DNA of 64,000 bases from Dicyema japonicum (Eukaryota > Animalia > Dicyemida): positions 247,712 to 311,711 of the forward strand of contig RDEW01000007.1 in NCBI GenBank assembly GCA_011109175.1, given 5' to 3'. This document shows, piece by piece, positions 24,255 to 36,850 of the stretch; the first letter of the stretch is position 1; each line of letters starts with the position of its first letter. The position numbers and the translations under genes were made by a program. The notes under the pieces were generated by a model. That model worked only from the letters and a program-made list of their open reading frames with translations, made no database searches and was not told where the DNA came from.

Positions 24255-26925
24255 TATTTATTTATTTAATAACCCCGAAAAGGGAACACCAAGAAAGAAG
24301 GAGTAAACCAACTAATTAAGTGATCCCGGTACGCCTCAACAGGATCGAGAGGTTTTTCCTGTGTTCCTCCAGAGTACCCACGGCTTTCCTGAATAGACGA
24401 CGATCATCTTTCATTAGAGTTTGAAGAGGAGTGGGTTTTTTCCCCAAATTTCGTGTATTTGAGGCCTTTAGCCTTGAATGGAAGAAACGACTTGTTTCTT
24501 GGCCACACAGACAGATGAAGCCGGAGCCATTATTTTTGATTGCGGCGTGGTCAAGCATTGGAGGGAAAAGATCGGGGGTAGATTCGTTTGACGTGCTAGT
24601 TTGCCAATTAGGGTATTGATCTTGAGTGAATTTGATATCGAAGCTCCATAGGCCCATGAGGCACAAGCGTACTCAATCGTCGGTTTTAGGAGTTGATTGA
24701 ACACGACGAGGGCGCATTCCTGTGAAGGTTTGGACTTCAAGAGCGGTTTGATTATATTAAGTTTCCTGAGACCCTTTGTCATAACGTTCTTCACATGTTG
24801 AGAAAATGTCATCAAAGGGTCAAATGTCACTCCCAGGATAGTTGGACGAGTCTGTAGTGGTAAGGAGTCTCCAAAAATGTTCAAATCCAGTGTATGTTTT
24901 TCTTTTCTGTCCGTAGTGAAGATTGTATACGTTGATTTATCCCTGGATACGGAGAGACGATTCAACTTCAACCAGGCTCCCAGGTAGTCAATATGTGACT
25001 GAAGCTCTGATTTTGCTGTACCCACGTATTTGTTCCTGCTAGCGATGATTAGGTCGTCAGCATAAGTGAGAAGCATTGAATCTGGTCCTCCAGGGCAGGG
25101 TAAATCGTTGAGGAACATGTTGAATAATGCCGGAGAGAGGGGCGATCCTTGAGGGACGCCATTTGGTAGGAGACGGGACCTCGATCTTGCGTGGCCTATA
25201 CAGACACGTCCTCTTCTTCCGGAGAGAAAATTGGCTATCCATCTTTTCAAATCCGTCTGAATGGTGGTGTCAAAAACCTTCTTCGTGAGTAATATTCTCG
25301 AGACAGAATCGAACGCCTTCTGGATATCCAGGGAAACCATTATTGTCCGTAGATGGCGTTTCGGTACGTTGAACCCTTCTGATATAAATTGAGACAGTGA
25401 AGTCAAATGTGTCGTAGTTGAACGCTCACATTTGAAACCATGTTGAAAGTAGCAGTCGGGCAAATGGGGTTTAATTTTCAGAGTACGAGTTTCTCCATTA
25501 GGCGCGATAATGCGCACGTTAATGAAATTGGACGGTAGGAAGAAAATGAGGTTTTCGGTTTTCCTGGTTTAAGGATCGGTATTATAAGTGAGTTCTTCCA
25601 TTTGCTTGGGATGACGTTCATGTTAGAAGACAAATTAAAAATTGACGTAATCGAATTGATTGCAGCATTACCAAGGTGTTTTAACAAAATTCCCGGAATG
25701 CCGTCAGGTCCACACGTAAAAAATCTCTTCATCGATCTTATAGCCTGTGTGACCTCGGCATGCGTAAATAGATTGATCCATGAAGTTGGTTTATGCACTA
25801 AATTCCGAAAGTGACAAGAATGAGACTTCGAGAAGTCTATGTGACTTATAGATGCGTAATATTTCATTAGGTTGTTAGCTTGTACAATATTTGGAGAATA
25901 AAAAGATTCTGATACATCTGATAAGCTTAGCTTGATTCGACTGATAGTTTTCCATAAAAGACTCGTAGATTTTAAATGTCCAATAAATAATAATAAGCAG
26001 TTCCACGCCCTATCCTTCTTTTCTCTGATGAGCTTTGTAATTTTCTGATTTAAACATTTTATATTTTGCAAATCAGAAGAGGTTTGCAGATGATTCCTCT
26101 TCTTGGAGTTTCTTTGTTTGATGAGGAGACGAGTCTCCGAGTCCAGAGTTGGCTTGTAGGAATTGTAAACTGTACGTGGTACAAACAGCTTTTCAGCTTG
26201 AAGGATTACATGGTTTAGATGGTCTACTGCTTTGTCGATGGAGCAAAATGAGGTGGGATCAAAGTGTATTAGGTTATTGTCAATGAAGAGCTTAAAATTC
26301 GACCAGTCAGCTTTCTTGTAGACCTTGAAAGTTGCTTTAATTCACGCGAGTTATTGAATCGGCTTAGGTTTAATATAATTGGATTATGATCACTATGAAA
26401 ATCGTAGGAGACGTTCCATGAAATCTTCGGGGCAATCCTAGAAAAAGCAATGGATATGTAGGTGGAGGTTTGGTTGTCATTTCTTCTGATAGGTGTCCTT
26501 GTGAACATATTCGGGTGATTCAGAATCACCATTTTTGAGAGAGTCGATAATTAGACTCCCCCTCTTGTCTGCCGACTGAGTACTAAACCATTGCAGAATG
26601 TTTGGCATTGAAATCCCCACATAGTAACACATTTCGAATTTCTTGTAGTTTGTCGAGCTTCGGAACATAGTTATTAGGATAGGATCCCAGCGGTGGAATG
26701 TAAATGTTAATTAGAATAAGATGTTCTGACCCATTTATAAGATCAATAGAAATTTGTTCCGCGGTCTTGTCGTGTAGAATAAAATCATCCACTTGCAAGC
26801 TTACATCGTGGAAGGATAGACCGTTTCTGATAATTGTGAGTAAGCCGCCACCACGTCTAATGCGGTCTTTTCTGATAGAGATGTATCCAGGGAAAAGTGG
26901 GGTTGAACTCTTTGTAGAAAGTTTT
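24255..26925 (-). mobile_element. I-like LINE ORF2 (APE, RT and 3' end), 5' part replaced
   Basis: SIRKDR..GGGLLTII, LLCGDFNAKH, SDHNPI, CGPDGIPGILLKHL, YRPISLTC, VSLDIQKAFD, GVPQGSPLSP, TYADD. Stop RRTGIT* at 24316 with the 3' stem-loop and a TAAA tail. Confidence 0.9.
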
Positions 26926-27360
26926 GACTTTACGAAGTAAATCAACTTCCTGAAGGCGTTCTTGGGAAACCTAAGAGACAAAAAAGATATAAGTGAACTG
27001 GAGGTCATGTACATACAGTTCATCAAGTCTACAATAGGATACGCATGTAATGTCTTGTGATCTAACCTCGCTGCAACGAATTTGGACAGGATCTGCAACA
27101 TTCAAGTGAAGGCAGCAAACTTACTACTAAAATCTTTTCGTGTGGAAATCCTGCCCAGAAACCTTGAAAATATGATAGAGGGGACTGGAACGATGCCCAT
27201 GCGAAGGATTCGAGTATGCAGACCCCGTCCATATAGGAAATGCACAGGAACGCATTCGGAACACCAAGAAAAGATGCAAAGACCGTTGAGGGATGCCGGG
27301 ATCACCTGAATTTTGATAATCTTGGATATGACGGTTGTTTTCTGGTTCAATAAAATAAAT
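26920..27360 (+). mobile_element. 5'-truncated LINE 3' fragment, opposite in orientation to its neighbour
   Basis: INFLKAFLGN..FIKSTIGYACN..ATNLDRICNIQVKAA...RDAGIT*, then GGGATCAC at 27298 and an AATAAAATAAAT tail. Confidence 0.65.
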
Positions 27361-27539
27361 CTAATGGTCGTGGTTTCGAATCCGAAAGATGGAGTTTCAA
27401 GCGAAAGTCAATTCTCTTCAACATATCCCTCTCGTGATTCGACGAATCCTCCTGGCAGGATACAGTAGTTAAAAGGGATCTACATTCTTCTTGACCAAGT
27501 CCTCTGGTGAAGATTACATTTTGAAAACTTTACAACCAA

Positions 27540-28130
27540 AGAATGAAGCAATGTCCGCGACGGTAGAACGTGCTATGAAAATAGAAGATAGCGAGCATAC
27601 TTCTCCATTTCTCTTATGAAGCGGAATCCTGTAATGGACTATTGGAGAATGGATTTGGTTGGAACAAGCAGATGTCCTCTCTTAGGTTCCTTCCTTGGAT
27701 TAATAATCGGAAATGCTCTGCCTTTCGATAATTCTATGCGAGGCTTTCCTTTCCCAGGCCCTCCATTGACTATTAGAAACTCGTGGAAGCGTCCAGCACT
27801 AGCTGATGTTCGCTTGAGGATAGTTGGCCTCCTATAAGCTAGTGAGGTCAGGGCTAACTACTCGGCCATTGGAGATTGTTGTACTTCCTCCCAATTCCCT
27901 TCAAATATCTGTACTCTTATTTGCCCGAACTGAACGCAGGTCATATATTAAGTCACTCATAAATACCATTGGTACCCCCTTCCTCCCTTATTTTAGATGC
28001 CACATATCCCCGTTTGAGTTTTTCCGGCTTTTACCACTATTTTTAACCAGAAACATCAAAAACGACGGTGATAGTAACCATTTAATTTGGAGAGTCAATT
28101 CATAAGATCACGGAAGTAACATGGACTCCA
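27540..28130 (-). mobile_element. Highly degenerate LINE remnants
   Basis: Weak APE-like (TTISNGRVVSPDLT) and RT-like (ITGFRF) pieces with many stops. Confidence 0.3.
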
Positions 28131-28544
28131 AAACCTGAATGCACATTTTAATGGAGACTTGTCAAGTCTGTATCAGTTGTAGGGACACAGTGAATGAATC
28201 AATAAGTAGGGAAAATTCTCTCTATGCTATTCTGAAACTGGTCACCACAAAACAGAAAAGAATAAACCTAAGTTTACAAGCTAACGAGAAATCAAACCAA
28301 TAACAGGATCATTAGAGTCAGGAATTTTTCAAAAAAGTAAATTATTATTTTCCTTTCATTTTTTTGTTCAGACAAATCAATAACATTTTAGTACGAGATT
28401 CAATATTGGTGCATCCGACAAGGCAGCATAATCTGATATAAAATGATTGACTGTCGTTTGCTTTATTCTCTAATTTATGTCTCAAAATAGCTTATACATT
28501 GATTTTTTAATTATAAATCTAACAACATAAATTTTTATTTACGT

Positions 28545-28918
28545 AACCCGCGGAAACACAGAGAAGGAGACAGTAGTAACCGAACCAGTTAGATGATCCC
28601 TACTTATCGCACTTGCTAATTTCATTCTTAGCCCATTAAGAAAGCCTATCACTTCCATAAAGTGCCTGCGCTTGTGCCTATACAAAAAGCGATGGAGGAC
28701 GGACGTCTGAGGGAAGACAAATCATTTTTCGATCGTGACACAAATGAACAAAATATGTTTCCTGGATCTTGATAGAACTCTCTAATCCGCAACCATTCAT
28801 CCACAGTCAATTCCCATAAAAACCAAAATTTACGGTTTAGAAAATCCATAACGTCCCTGTAAGAATTTTACTTCAATTGTTGGTGTGAATACTGTTTATT
28901 ATCACTAAAATAATTCAT
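28545..28918 (-). CDS. Possible small multi-exon hypothetical gene
   Basis: ATG at 28918 (MNYFSDNKQYSHQQLK), then GT..AG segments at 28871-28857 and further downstream, and an exon-like SIKIQETYFVHLCHDRKMICLPSD. Not recognised. Confidence 0.25.
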
Positions 28919-28953
28919 CGACTAAAATAAGAATTAATCTAATTATAATTTCA

Positions 28954-29160
28954 TTAACGCTTTTTCTCTTCCGCCCACGTGACTCTACCAACCTTTTGTG
29001 ATAACTTAGCACATTGGATGAATTCGCTCCTGTTAAGAGTGTGGGTATCTCCCACTTGTACATTCTGGACCATTGATCTCATGAATTGATCAACTTGATC
29101 GTCCATAGTCTGAGGAAACTGGCCGGTTGGATATTCGACCTCAGCCTCCACCATAGCCAC
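28954..29160 (-). CDS. Short ORF with a weak EF-hand/NCS C-terminal-like pattern (separate gene or last exon of BICD)
   Basis: MVEAEVEYPTGQFPQTMDDQVDQFMRSMVQNVQVGDTHTLNRSEFIQCAKLSQKV resembles the neurocalcin-like MD..N.DG.LS.EEFI..AK pattern. Resemblance judged by eye only. Confidence 0.4.
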   Translation of the reverse strand: MAMVEAEVEYPTGQFPQTMDDQVDQFMRSMVQNVQVGDTHTLNRSEFIQCAKLSQKVGRVTWAEEKKR

Positions 29161-29219
29161 ATCCGTACAAACAAACTCACATAAAAACTAAGATAATATA
29201 AAACTATATGAAAACAGAA

Positions 29220-30837
29220 TCATTCAACTGCAAATCCTAGCCTATTCAGTCGCTTGGCCAACTTGATCTTCTGTCCAATCGCAGCTACGAGGATCTCTCG
29301 CATAGATTCCTTTGACTTCTCCGCCTTCTCCAAGGCAGATTTGTAACTAGACACCCTCGCCTGGTAGGCAGCACATCGTTCAGTTAACAGTGCGTTCAAT
29401 GGCAAGACCATGTCCCGTTCCTTCTGATAGGCCTTCAAGTCTTCTCTTAGTGAACTGACAGTGCTGTTGAGCAGGGTCCTCTGCTCGTTGAACGTCTTCA
29501 CGTTCTGTCGAACAAATCTCTCAGCTGTGGCCTTGTGGCGTCCAATAGTAACTTTAGAGTGGCAATATGCTCGTTTTTCTGCCTTATAATCTTCAAATGC
29601 TCATCCACGTGGTCACTGCCTTCATTCGTAATTTTCTTCTCGGTTTCCCGTTTCATGTTAACATCAATGACCAGATCTTGTAAGTTCCCAAGCATTTTTT
29701 CGATGGAAATGTCCTCTGTTAGGGTTGGGAGCATCTTCCGGAGTTTGTTGTGAATCTGGGAGTTAATAGAAAAAGCATACAGCCAATATACGGTCCTCGT
29801 GGTTTTGAATCTGCAGAATTGAGCCAAATATCTTACAATGCACTTCAAGTTTTTAGTCTTGAGGTCATTAGAGGAGTTCTTGTGCTGTTTTCGGAGAGCT
29901 AGGATCTCCTCTTCTGCCTTCTTTAAGGCCGCTGAGATCTTGTCGTTCTCTTGGAGCACCTAACTAAAGGTTTAAGGAAACTGATGTTAGAGAGTCGCAA
30001 GCGGTCCACTCCACATGGGTGTTACTAGAAAACTCCACTTGTTCGAGTTCCTGAACTCCACTGTCATCAAGATACGCGTCCACGTGCGGGTTTTCTATAG
30101 TTTGGGTCAGCTGAGACTCCAGATCCCAGCACCGTCTCCGCATATCCTCGATTGTGATGACGTTGTTGATTTGGTTTTCCATCAATGATTCGTTCTGCAA
30201 CTTCAACGAATCCATATCAATGAGAGAGTCCTTTAAGCAAGAAATCTCGAATATTTAGCTTGTCAAACCTGAGAGAGGAGATCCACGTTTTCCTTTTCCA
30301 ACGAAGAAATATTGGTAAGAGCCCGGGACTCGTTAGATTGACTTTTCTTAAATTCCTCCACCAATCTCGCCTTCTCCTGTTCATAAACGTCAATCTGATC
30401 CTTTGAATAAAATCAGAACCCGTTGTTTAAGGTCCAGAACCTCCTCCTTTAAAACAATGTTGTCTTCCTGTGCTTGAACGAGGGCAATGGAGGAGGAATC
30501 AACCTGCAGTTTGAGCGTGGCAGCAAGATTTGACAGATCTTCTTTTTCTGACGGAGCACAGACTTGTTGAGACTTCCGTTCGATAATCTGCATGAAACCC
30601 TAAAACAACTCCTCTGATGGACTCAAGTTCGTAGTCTTTCTGGAGGATCATCTCTTCTAGATGAGCCACTTTTTGAGTGGCGAACTGATGTTCGTGTAGT
30701 AGTTGGAGACCATATTCAGCCGCCTTGTTCTTATCTCTGTTTATCTCTTCGATTTGGTTTTTTAGTTGATCAATCCTGTCCAGTAACTCATAAACCAATT
30801 CAATGTCCACTTGATCAATGGAATATTCGTCAGTCAT
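29220..30837 (-). CDS. BICD: Bicaudal-D family dynein adaptor
   Basis: N-terminal CC1 box RDKNKAAEYGLQLL, LEKENVDLLSQISCLK, and C-terminal KNEHIATLKLLL..TAE, LREDLK..LLTERC..AAIGQKIKLAKRL. Six introns of 22-26 nt and one homopolymer shift near 29530. Confidence 0.85.
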
Positions 30838-31003
30838 TTAAATTATTTTGATTCTATTAGAAGGGTGATTTTATTCAATAGATTTTTTTATTGAATTATG
30901 ATAGATTTTATCTATTTCATTAAATTGATAAATTATTAATTTAAAAAATGGTCAATTAATTTAATTAGCGGGATTCTTTGTCTATTTTATGTGTTAATAT
31001 TGG

Positions 31004-31835
31004 ATGGAATACTATAATGCACTAGAACTAGATGATCCAAACCCAAATTGTTTCAAAATTGTAACACAACTTTTTTTGATAACAAACTGTCCACGGTTGT
31101 GGTAAAATACAGTCTCAGAATGACAAGGTATCATATACTAGTTATCAGAGATGTGCTGGTACGTGCAAATTCAACAAAATTGATGGCTTCTGTGTAATCA
31201 CATTAAGTGAGGCTCTATTAAAATTTCGATCAAGAAAGGAATTGGTGGAGACTCTCTTGGTTAACTATAGTGTTTACTTCTAGCACGAGATGATCCATGC
31301 TTTCTTGTTCTTGACTGGCAGTAGACACGTACTCGACAGAAATGGACACGGTCCCGATTTTTTGGAGCATATGAACCGCATAAATCGTGCGACTGGGCTC
31401 ACCATAACTGTATGCTAAGGAAATTATAGAAGGTTTACCACAAGTTTACCGACGAGGTTGTCCATTACCAGCAGCACTGGTGGTTGTGTGACGGCGCCTG
31501 TCGCCTCAGGCCTCCTTATTTTGGGTTGTTAATTTTGTGAGGGTAGATTGGTTCGTAGAGCCATGAATCGTCCTCCCTCTACCAGAGATCCTTGGTGGAA
31601 TCAGCACAGGGCAATATGTGGAGGAACTTTTGTCAAAATTAGGTCCCCATCAGCTAACGTGCGGAAAAAACCCGTAAAAAATGATGGAAAGCAGAAGAAA
31701 TTGACGGAATATTTGAAAAAGGACCGTAAGATTGAAGATGAATCATGTGATTACGTAGAGTGTCCCACTTGCGGTAAAATGGTTCAGTTTGGATTGATTA
31801 ATTATCATTTGGATGAGTGCTTGATTTATTTGTGA
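31004..31835 (+). CDS. SPRTN: Spartan/SprT-like DNA-dependent metalloprotease
   Basis: ELDDPNP..FFDNKL..YSLRMTRCAGTC, LVETLLHEMIHAFL, GHGPDF, HWWLCDGAC..PPYFGLVRRAMNRPPS..WWNQH..CGGTFVKI, PIP-like QKKLTEYL, UBZ4 CPTCG..INYHLDECL. Introns of 21-24 nt. Start codon uncertain. Confidence 0.9.
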
Positions 31836-32589
31836 ATTTATTTTTATATTTTGACTTATTTTTTTTGTTTTTATTTGAGTTAATTATTCGGATTTATTTC
31901 CGTTTACTAGGCTTAAGCAAGACATGATTCGATGGCTGGGGTAGTGCCTTGTCTCTGATGTATAGAATGCCTCCATTAATCCAAGATGTAACCTGTCTTT
32001 TTCTTTGCCCATATAATGGACGAATTGTTATAGTCGGAAGATATCGCTTGTTCGACCGTTGTCTGTCTTAATATGAAAGGACTGTTTAACTTCGGAAGAA
32101 AGAGAAAATTATCTGGTACGTATATTTGTGAGAATATTACCAAGGACTGACCTAATGGGACAAAAGAGTAAAAGATCCTTTATCGTGCCACTCGATCACC
32201 GGTAGCTACCTGAGACGAATGGATAGCACAAATCTAGCAGAAAGAGGAAAGAGGGAAATAAAGAAGGGAACAAAAACCTTAGACAAAATCTATTGTTAGA
32301 ACCATGAAACCGTAGCCATTAAGCTACCCTGGCTAGAAATAGTCTCTCGGAAGGATGAATAGGTGGATCCTTTTGAATGCCGGCCAGACATTGGCCGTCT
32401 CCTTAGTAAGGTGGATCCAATGACGCCACAAGATAGAAAAAAGAGAAATCTTAATCATTTAGCCACATGGCACCATTCTATTAGTCCCTTCTGATGCAAA
32501 AATTGGTATGAGCTTGGACAAGTAATTCTTAAGGAAGAGTTAGATTATTAATTATTTAGAAAATATTTGAATATTAGTAGGCATTTAAA

Positions 32590-35500
32590 TGTTTTTGACC
32601 GGAAGAGGCCAGATGAGATGCCATTATTCCACACTCCCACGGTAAGTCACTAGTTTGGACTCCACATATGTGGACACCTTTTCAGGGCAAGATCGCTGAC
32701 GGCGACACGCTCAACAGAGACGAGGCGGACAAGGCGGAGTTTGGTAAAATTTGAAAGTTATTTAATGTTTTCTATACAAAATAAATTAATTAATAATTTT
32801 TAAACGTTTTTAAGCAGATTTTTATTAATAATCATGAAGTTCTTAAACTACAGATTCTAATCTATCTCCAGAGTTTGAATTTATTGCCGTGTGACACCCT
32901 TCAACTGAAATGTCGGAAAAGAGTCGCAAACTCTTTATCCCGCAACCATGGACGCGCGAATGGTGTCGAATTCTACTCCTTTCCCATGAAGATGTCGAGG
33001 AACGTCCTGGACCAGATCCAGCCATAGTACAAATTAACATCAACGGTATCCGAACAAAAATTGCCGAACTACAACGCCTTCTCATAAAACACTCACTTTT
33101 TTTCCAAGAGACGAAACTTAACCCCAATTTTCCGGGATACTCCGTTTTTCAGACGAGACAGAGGTCATGGAAAGGGAGGAAGCCTTATCACTCTAAGAAT
33201 ATAATGGCCAGAAATATCTCGGACGACATCCCGGACTCTCCCGCCAAGACGACACACTGGAACATTTAACTCTGAGAATATGCCTACCCTCTCTCCGATC
33301 GACAGTTGTCAATATGTACATACCACCTCCACCGTCATGTCCCAGCGGCTACAGCCACGAACTCAAGCGATTCACCACGTTGGAAAGAACGAAAGAACGT
33401 GACCTAAATGCAAAGAGTTCTCAATGGTATGCTGACCAACAACTGGATCAACGGGCAGCCCTCATATCCGACACTTTTGACGACTTGATCACACAAGGTC
33501 CCCTTCCCTTCGAGGCGACTCCCTACTTCACCAGACATTTCTTTTGCAGCTCCTTTTCTTGCGGCTGTTATTTCATGGGATGTTATATACGACTTACATA
33601 CATACCATAACTCGATCTTCATGAGGATCCCACAAAAACATAAGTTAATGAACTCTCAGAGAACCAATATGAACTTCTCAAAGGCAATATGGCCCGCGTC
33701 ACACATTTTACCGAACTACACCTTCAGGCTTCCGGATAGAGAACTCGGATCTATTGAGCTGATGTCAAATACCTCAACGAGATTAAATTCGAGCTCGCAA
33801 AAATACATTCCGATGGGTCGTCCTCAACGTCCATTACACCCAATTGATGCTGAAACGCGAGATCTAATCCAAACGAGAAATAAGGTAGAATTTCGAAAGA
33901 CAATCAGTAACTGAAAGGATATCAAAACTGAACAAAAAATCACGTGGAACATCACAAAACACAACAGAACGTTGGGAAGCCTTGCTCAGAAAAGCTACGA
34001 ACAATACTTAGCCCACTGTATTATGGAAATCGATAAGGAGGCTCAAGAAGTGCTCTCCACATTTAATTGGACATCGAGAGCCATACCCAAATCCCAATGA
34101 CATTATGAAGTACTATGTCAATATTAGTCATAAACCATATTCAAAAGACCTGGATGTTCGGAAATGGTCGAAGGAATAAATGTCCCAACATGACTTTTTT
34201 CGACCCTTCAATGGTGCACTCAGTAATCAGGAAAATAATACTCGTCGTCCACGGTTCAGATGACATCTCCATTCTCGAACTAAATCCTGGGTCCTTCCGC
34301 GACGGCAGCAATATCAAATTTTCAACCTCTCAATAAACGAGAACAAGATTTCGTCAATATGGAAGAAATCTCTGATACACCCTATCCTGAAGAAAAACAA
34401 ACCACCAAACTGCCCGTTCTTCTACCTCTCGCTGTATCCATCATCTGCGCCTTATGTGTTAGAAAAACTGGTCCTTCTCAAGATCTGTCCTTTCATAACT
34501 CTACCATCTTTTCAACACGATTCCGCGAAAAGCACTCAACAACAACTTATCTAACAAAACTGGTCCGATTCATTTCCGACAGCCTGGATACTTCAAATCC
34601 ACACGAGAGAACCGTGCTGGTCTCAGTGGATGTAGACAAGGCTTTCAACTCAGTATCTTGGAAGATCCTTACAGCAAAAATTTTTACGACCTCGAACACC
34701 CTATATTCAAGTTATGGTTGACTAATTTCAATCAACGGTTGAATTGGCCAGGTGGTGGCAAACAACCAAAAATCAAAACCGCGATACCTTCCAAACGGAG
34801 TTCCACAAGGATCACCGTTATCTCGAATGCTCTTCAACATGTTCATCAGTGACCTACCATTCCCAACCACCAGAAACACAATTCTTCTATCGTATGCGGA
34901 TGATCTCGTGGTCGCAGTGAAACATCGAAAAATCAAGGAGGCGACACGATCCGTGCAAGACCTACTAAACCAGATGGGTCTTTGGTTCCTGAAGAACCGT
35001 CTGAATATATCACCAGAAAAGTCACATGTATTGACGTTCACCTCATCACGAAAGAATTACGGGCAACACCACGAATAACATTGTATGACTCCCCACTTCC
35101 CATTAAGAAGACCATTTCAATCCTTGGAGTCATCCTGGATCTCCTACTCACATTTACCCATCAAGTGGACCTACTAACCATGAGGATCCAAAAGAAAATT
35201 GGAATTCTCAAGGCTTTCACTCTCTCCAGAATCTTCCCGCCCATCGTTAGAGCTTCTATACAAACAATTCGTTCTACCTAGCATCGAGTACGCCTGTGCT
35301 GCATGGATTTCACCTTTATCAACATCGGCACAGAGCAAGCTGGAGGTTTTACAAAATTGATGTCTCAGGATTCTATTGAGATTGTCGAAAAAGACGTCCA
35401 CCTCGTTACTGCGGAGAAGACTAAACGTCCCCCAATCATGAAATATCTTACGGAACATCACCGGGACTTCCTCAAGATGGCAAAGTCCCCTGATCATCCC

Positions 35501-35690
35501 CTCAGACCGCACATCAGACTATATGGACGCCTGCACGAGATATGAGAAGAAACCTTCCCCGCTGTGGAGATTAATCCAGGACTCCAAAATTAACCGCAGG
35601 AAAAGACTGATATGGACACCTGGGTCACTTAATTAGACAATTACTTTTATCCTCCTTCTCGTGATTTCGGGGTTAATAAAATAAATAAAA
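32590..35690 (+). mobile_element. I-like LINE with an N-terminal 2A-like peptide, APE and RT, decayed
   Basis: RILLLSHEDVEERPGP followed directly by AIVQININGIRTKIAEL..FQETKL. VSVDVDKAFNSV, GVPQGSPLS, YADD at about 34873, 3' stem-loop at 35622-35667 and a GGGGTTAATAAAATAAA tail. Confidence 0.85.
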
Positions 35691-36224
35691 TCTATCAGCA
35701 ATTTTGTCTTCCAGAGCAGACTTGCAGAAATCTGGAAGAATGGTCCAGATGAGAAACGCATCGCTCGATAAAGAGGACATGGTGGATGGTAAGGAAACGT
35801 CCAAAACAGAAGACGAGTAAGAATGCTTGCTTCAGTACAATGTTATCGAAATTTATAATCACAATTTCTTCAATAGACTTGAAGATAAAAATATTGAAAT
35901 TCTCCAGGCTTTCCGGAAAGAGCTAGCAAGGGAAACATTAATCTTGAAAAGAAAGAACGCACTATGTGTATCAAGTTCATGCAGTTTAACGGTGGCTCCA
36001 CTAATCTCCGTTTCTTATTTAGAATACGAGGATAACTTCGTCAGAAATGGGAGAGCCCAATAAAATAAGGTGCTCCACATCGGTGATAACAGCATCGGGG
36101 AAAAAGACATGATCCTGCATTGTGATTTTAAGAATTCATCTTGCAAGAGTCACAGATTACAAATTTGCTCAATCGTGAATCCATAACAGATAAGAACGGG
36201 AAGAATTTAATTAATTTTAATTTA

Positions 36225-36560
36225 TTAACCCCGGATACACCGAGAAACAAGTTAAAGTAAACAACAAATTAAGTGTATCCAGTTTCCACTTCTACAGAAA
36301 CAGAGTCCATCCGGAATCAGCATAAAAGGTAAGACGTCCATTACATGCAGTTGTGGAAACCCCTCCAGTAGAGTGGGGGAGAGTAAATGATCCTTTTTCG
36401 TACCAATTAGGCACTGGGCGTCACCTAGACATGTGAATCACATGATTCCACTCTAGTTGGAAGAGAGAGGAGGAACAGACAAGCAAGCAGAAAACTTCAA
36501 CCAATTAACCACGCAGCACCACATGGCGGGGGGAAAGAAGAAGACTTTTCATAACCATCT
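36225..36560 (-). repeat. About 320-bp dispersed repeat ending in the LINE-type 3' stem-loop (copy 1)
   Basis: Aligns with 54315-54630 (+). Perfect GGATACAC/GTGTATCC stem at 36233-36280. Confidence 0.75.
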
Positions 36561-36644
36561 CGGAAGATCCACCGATCATAGCATCGTCAAAATAACAACA
36601 ATCGAAAACCTCAACGCCACACACAAACTGACAGCCTCATCCAC

Positions 36645-36850
36645 AGCCAAAGCAAAAAGATCGGACCAAGAGGATCACCTTGTTGTACCCCAGTCGATGA
36701 TTTAATGAGATCGTCACCAATAACGAGATGGGTTGGAGTACCGTATGCGAGGTTCTTAAAGTTGATAATTCTTGAGGCTCTCCTCAAGACAGTTCCACAA
36801 GATGGTCCTTCTCACCGAATTGAAGGCTTTGGAAAGTATAACTTCATCAT
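36645..36850 (-). mobile_element. CRE-clade RT fragment
   Basis: FSKAFNSVRRTILW..AYGTPTHLVIGDDLIKSSTGVQQGDPLGPIFF. Confidence 0.7.

Noticed and set aside
23640-32700. Shared GTCCA..GTGGAGTCCAA motif at 23641 (+) and about 32670 (-) near LINE 5' regions, as a possible 5' ribozyme or promoter
   Set aside because: Only about 15 nt match, the orientations relative to the adjacent elements are inconsistent, and no HDV fold could be built by hand.
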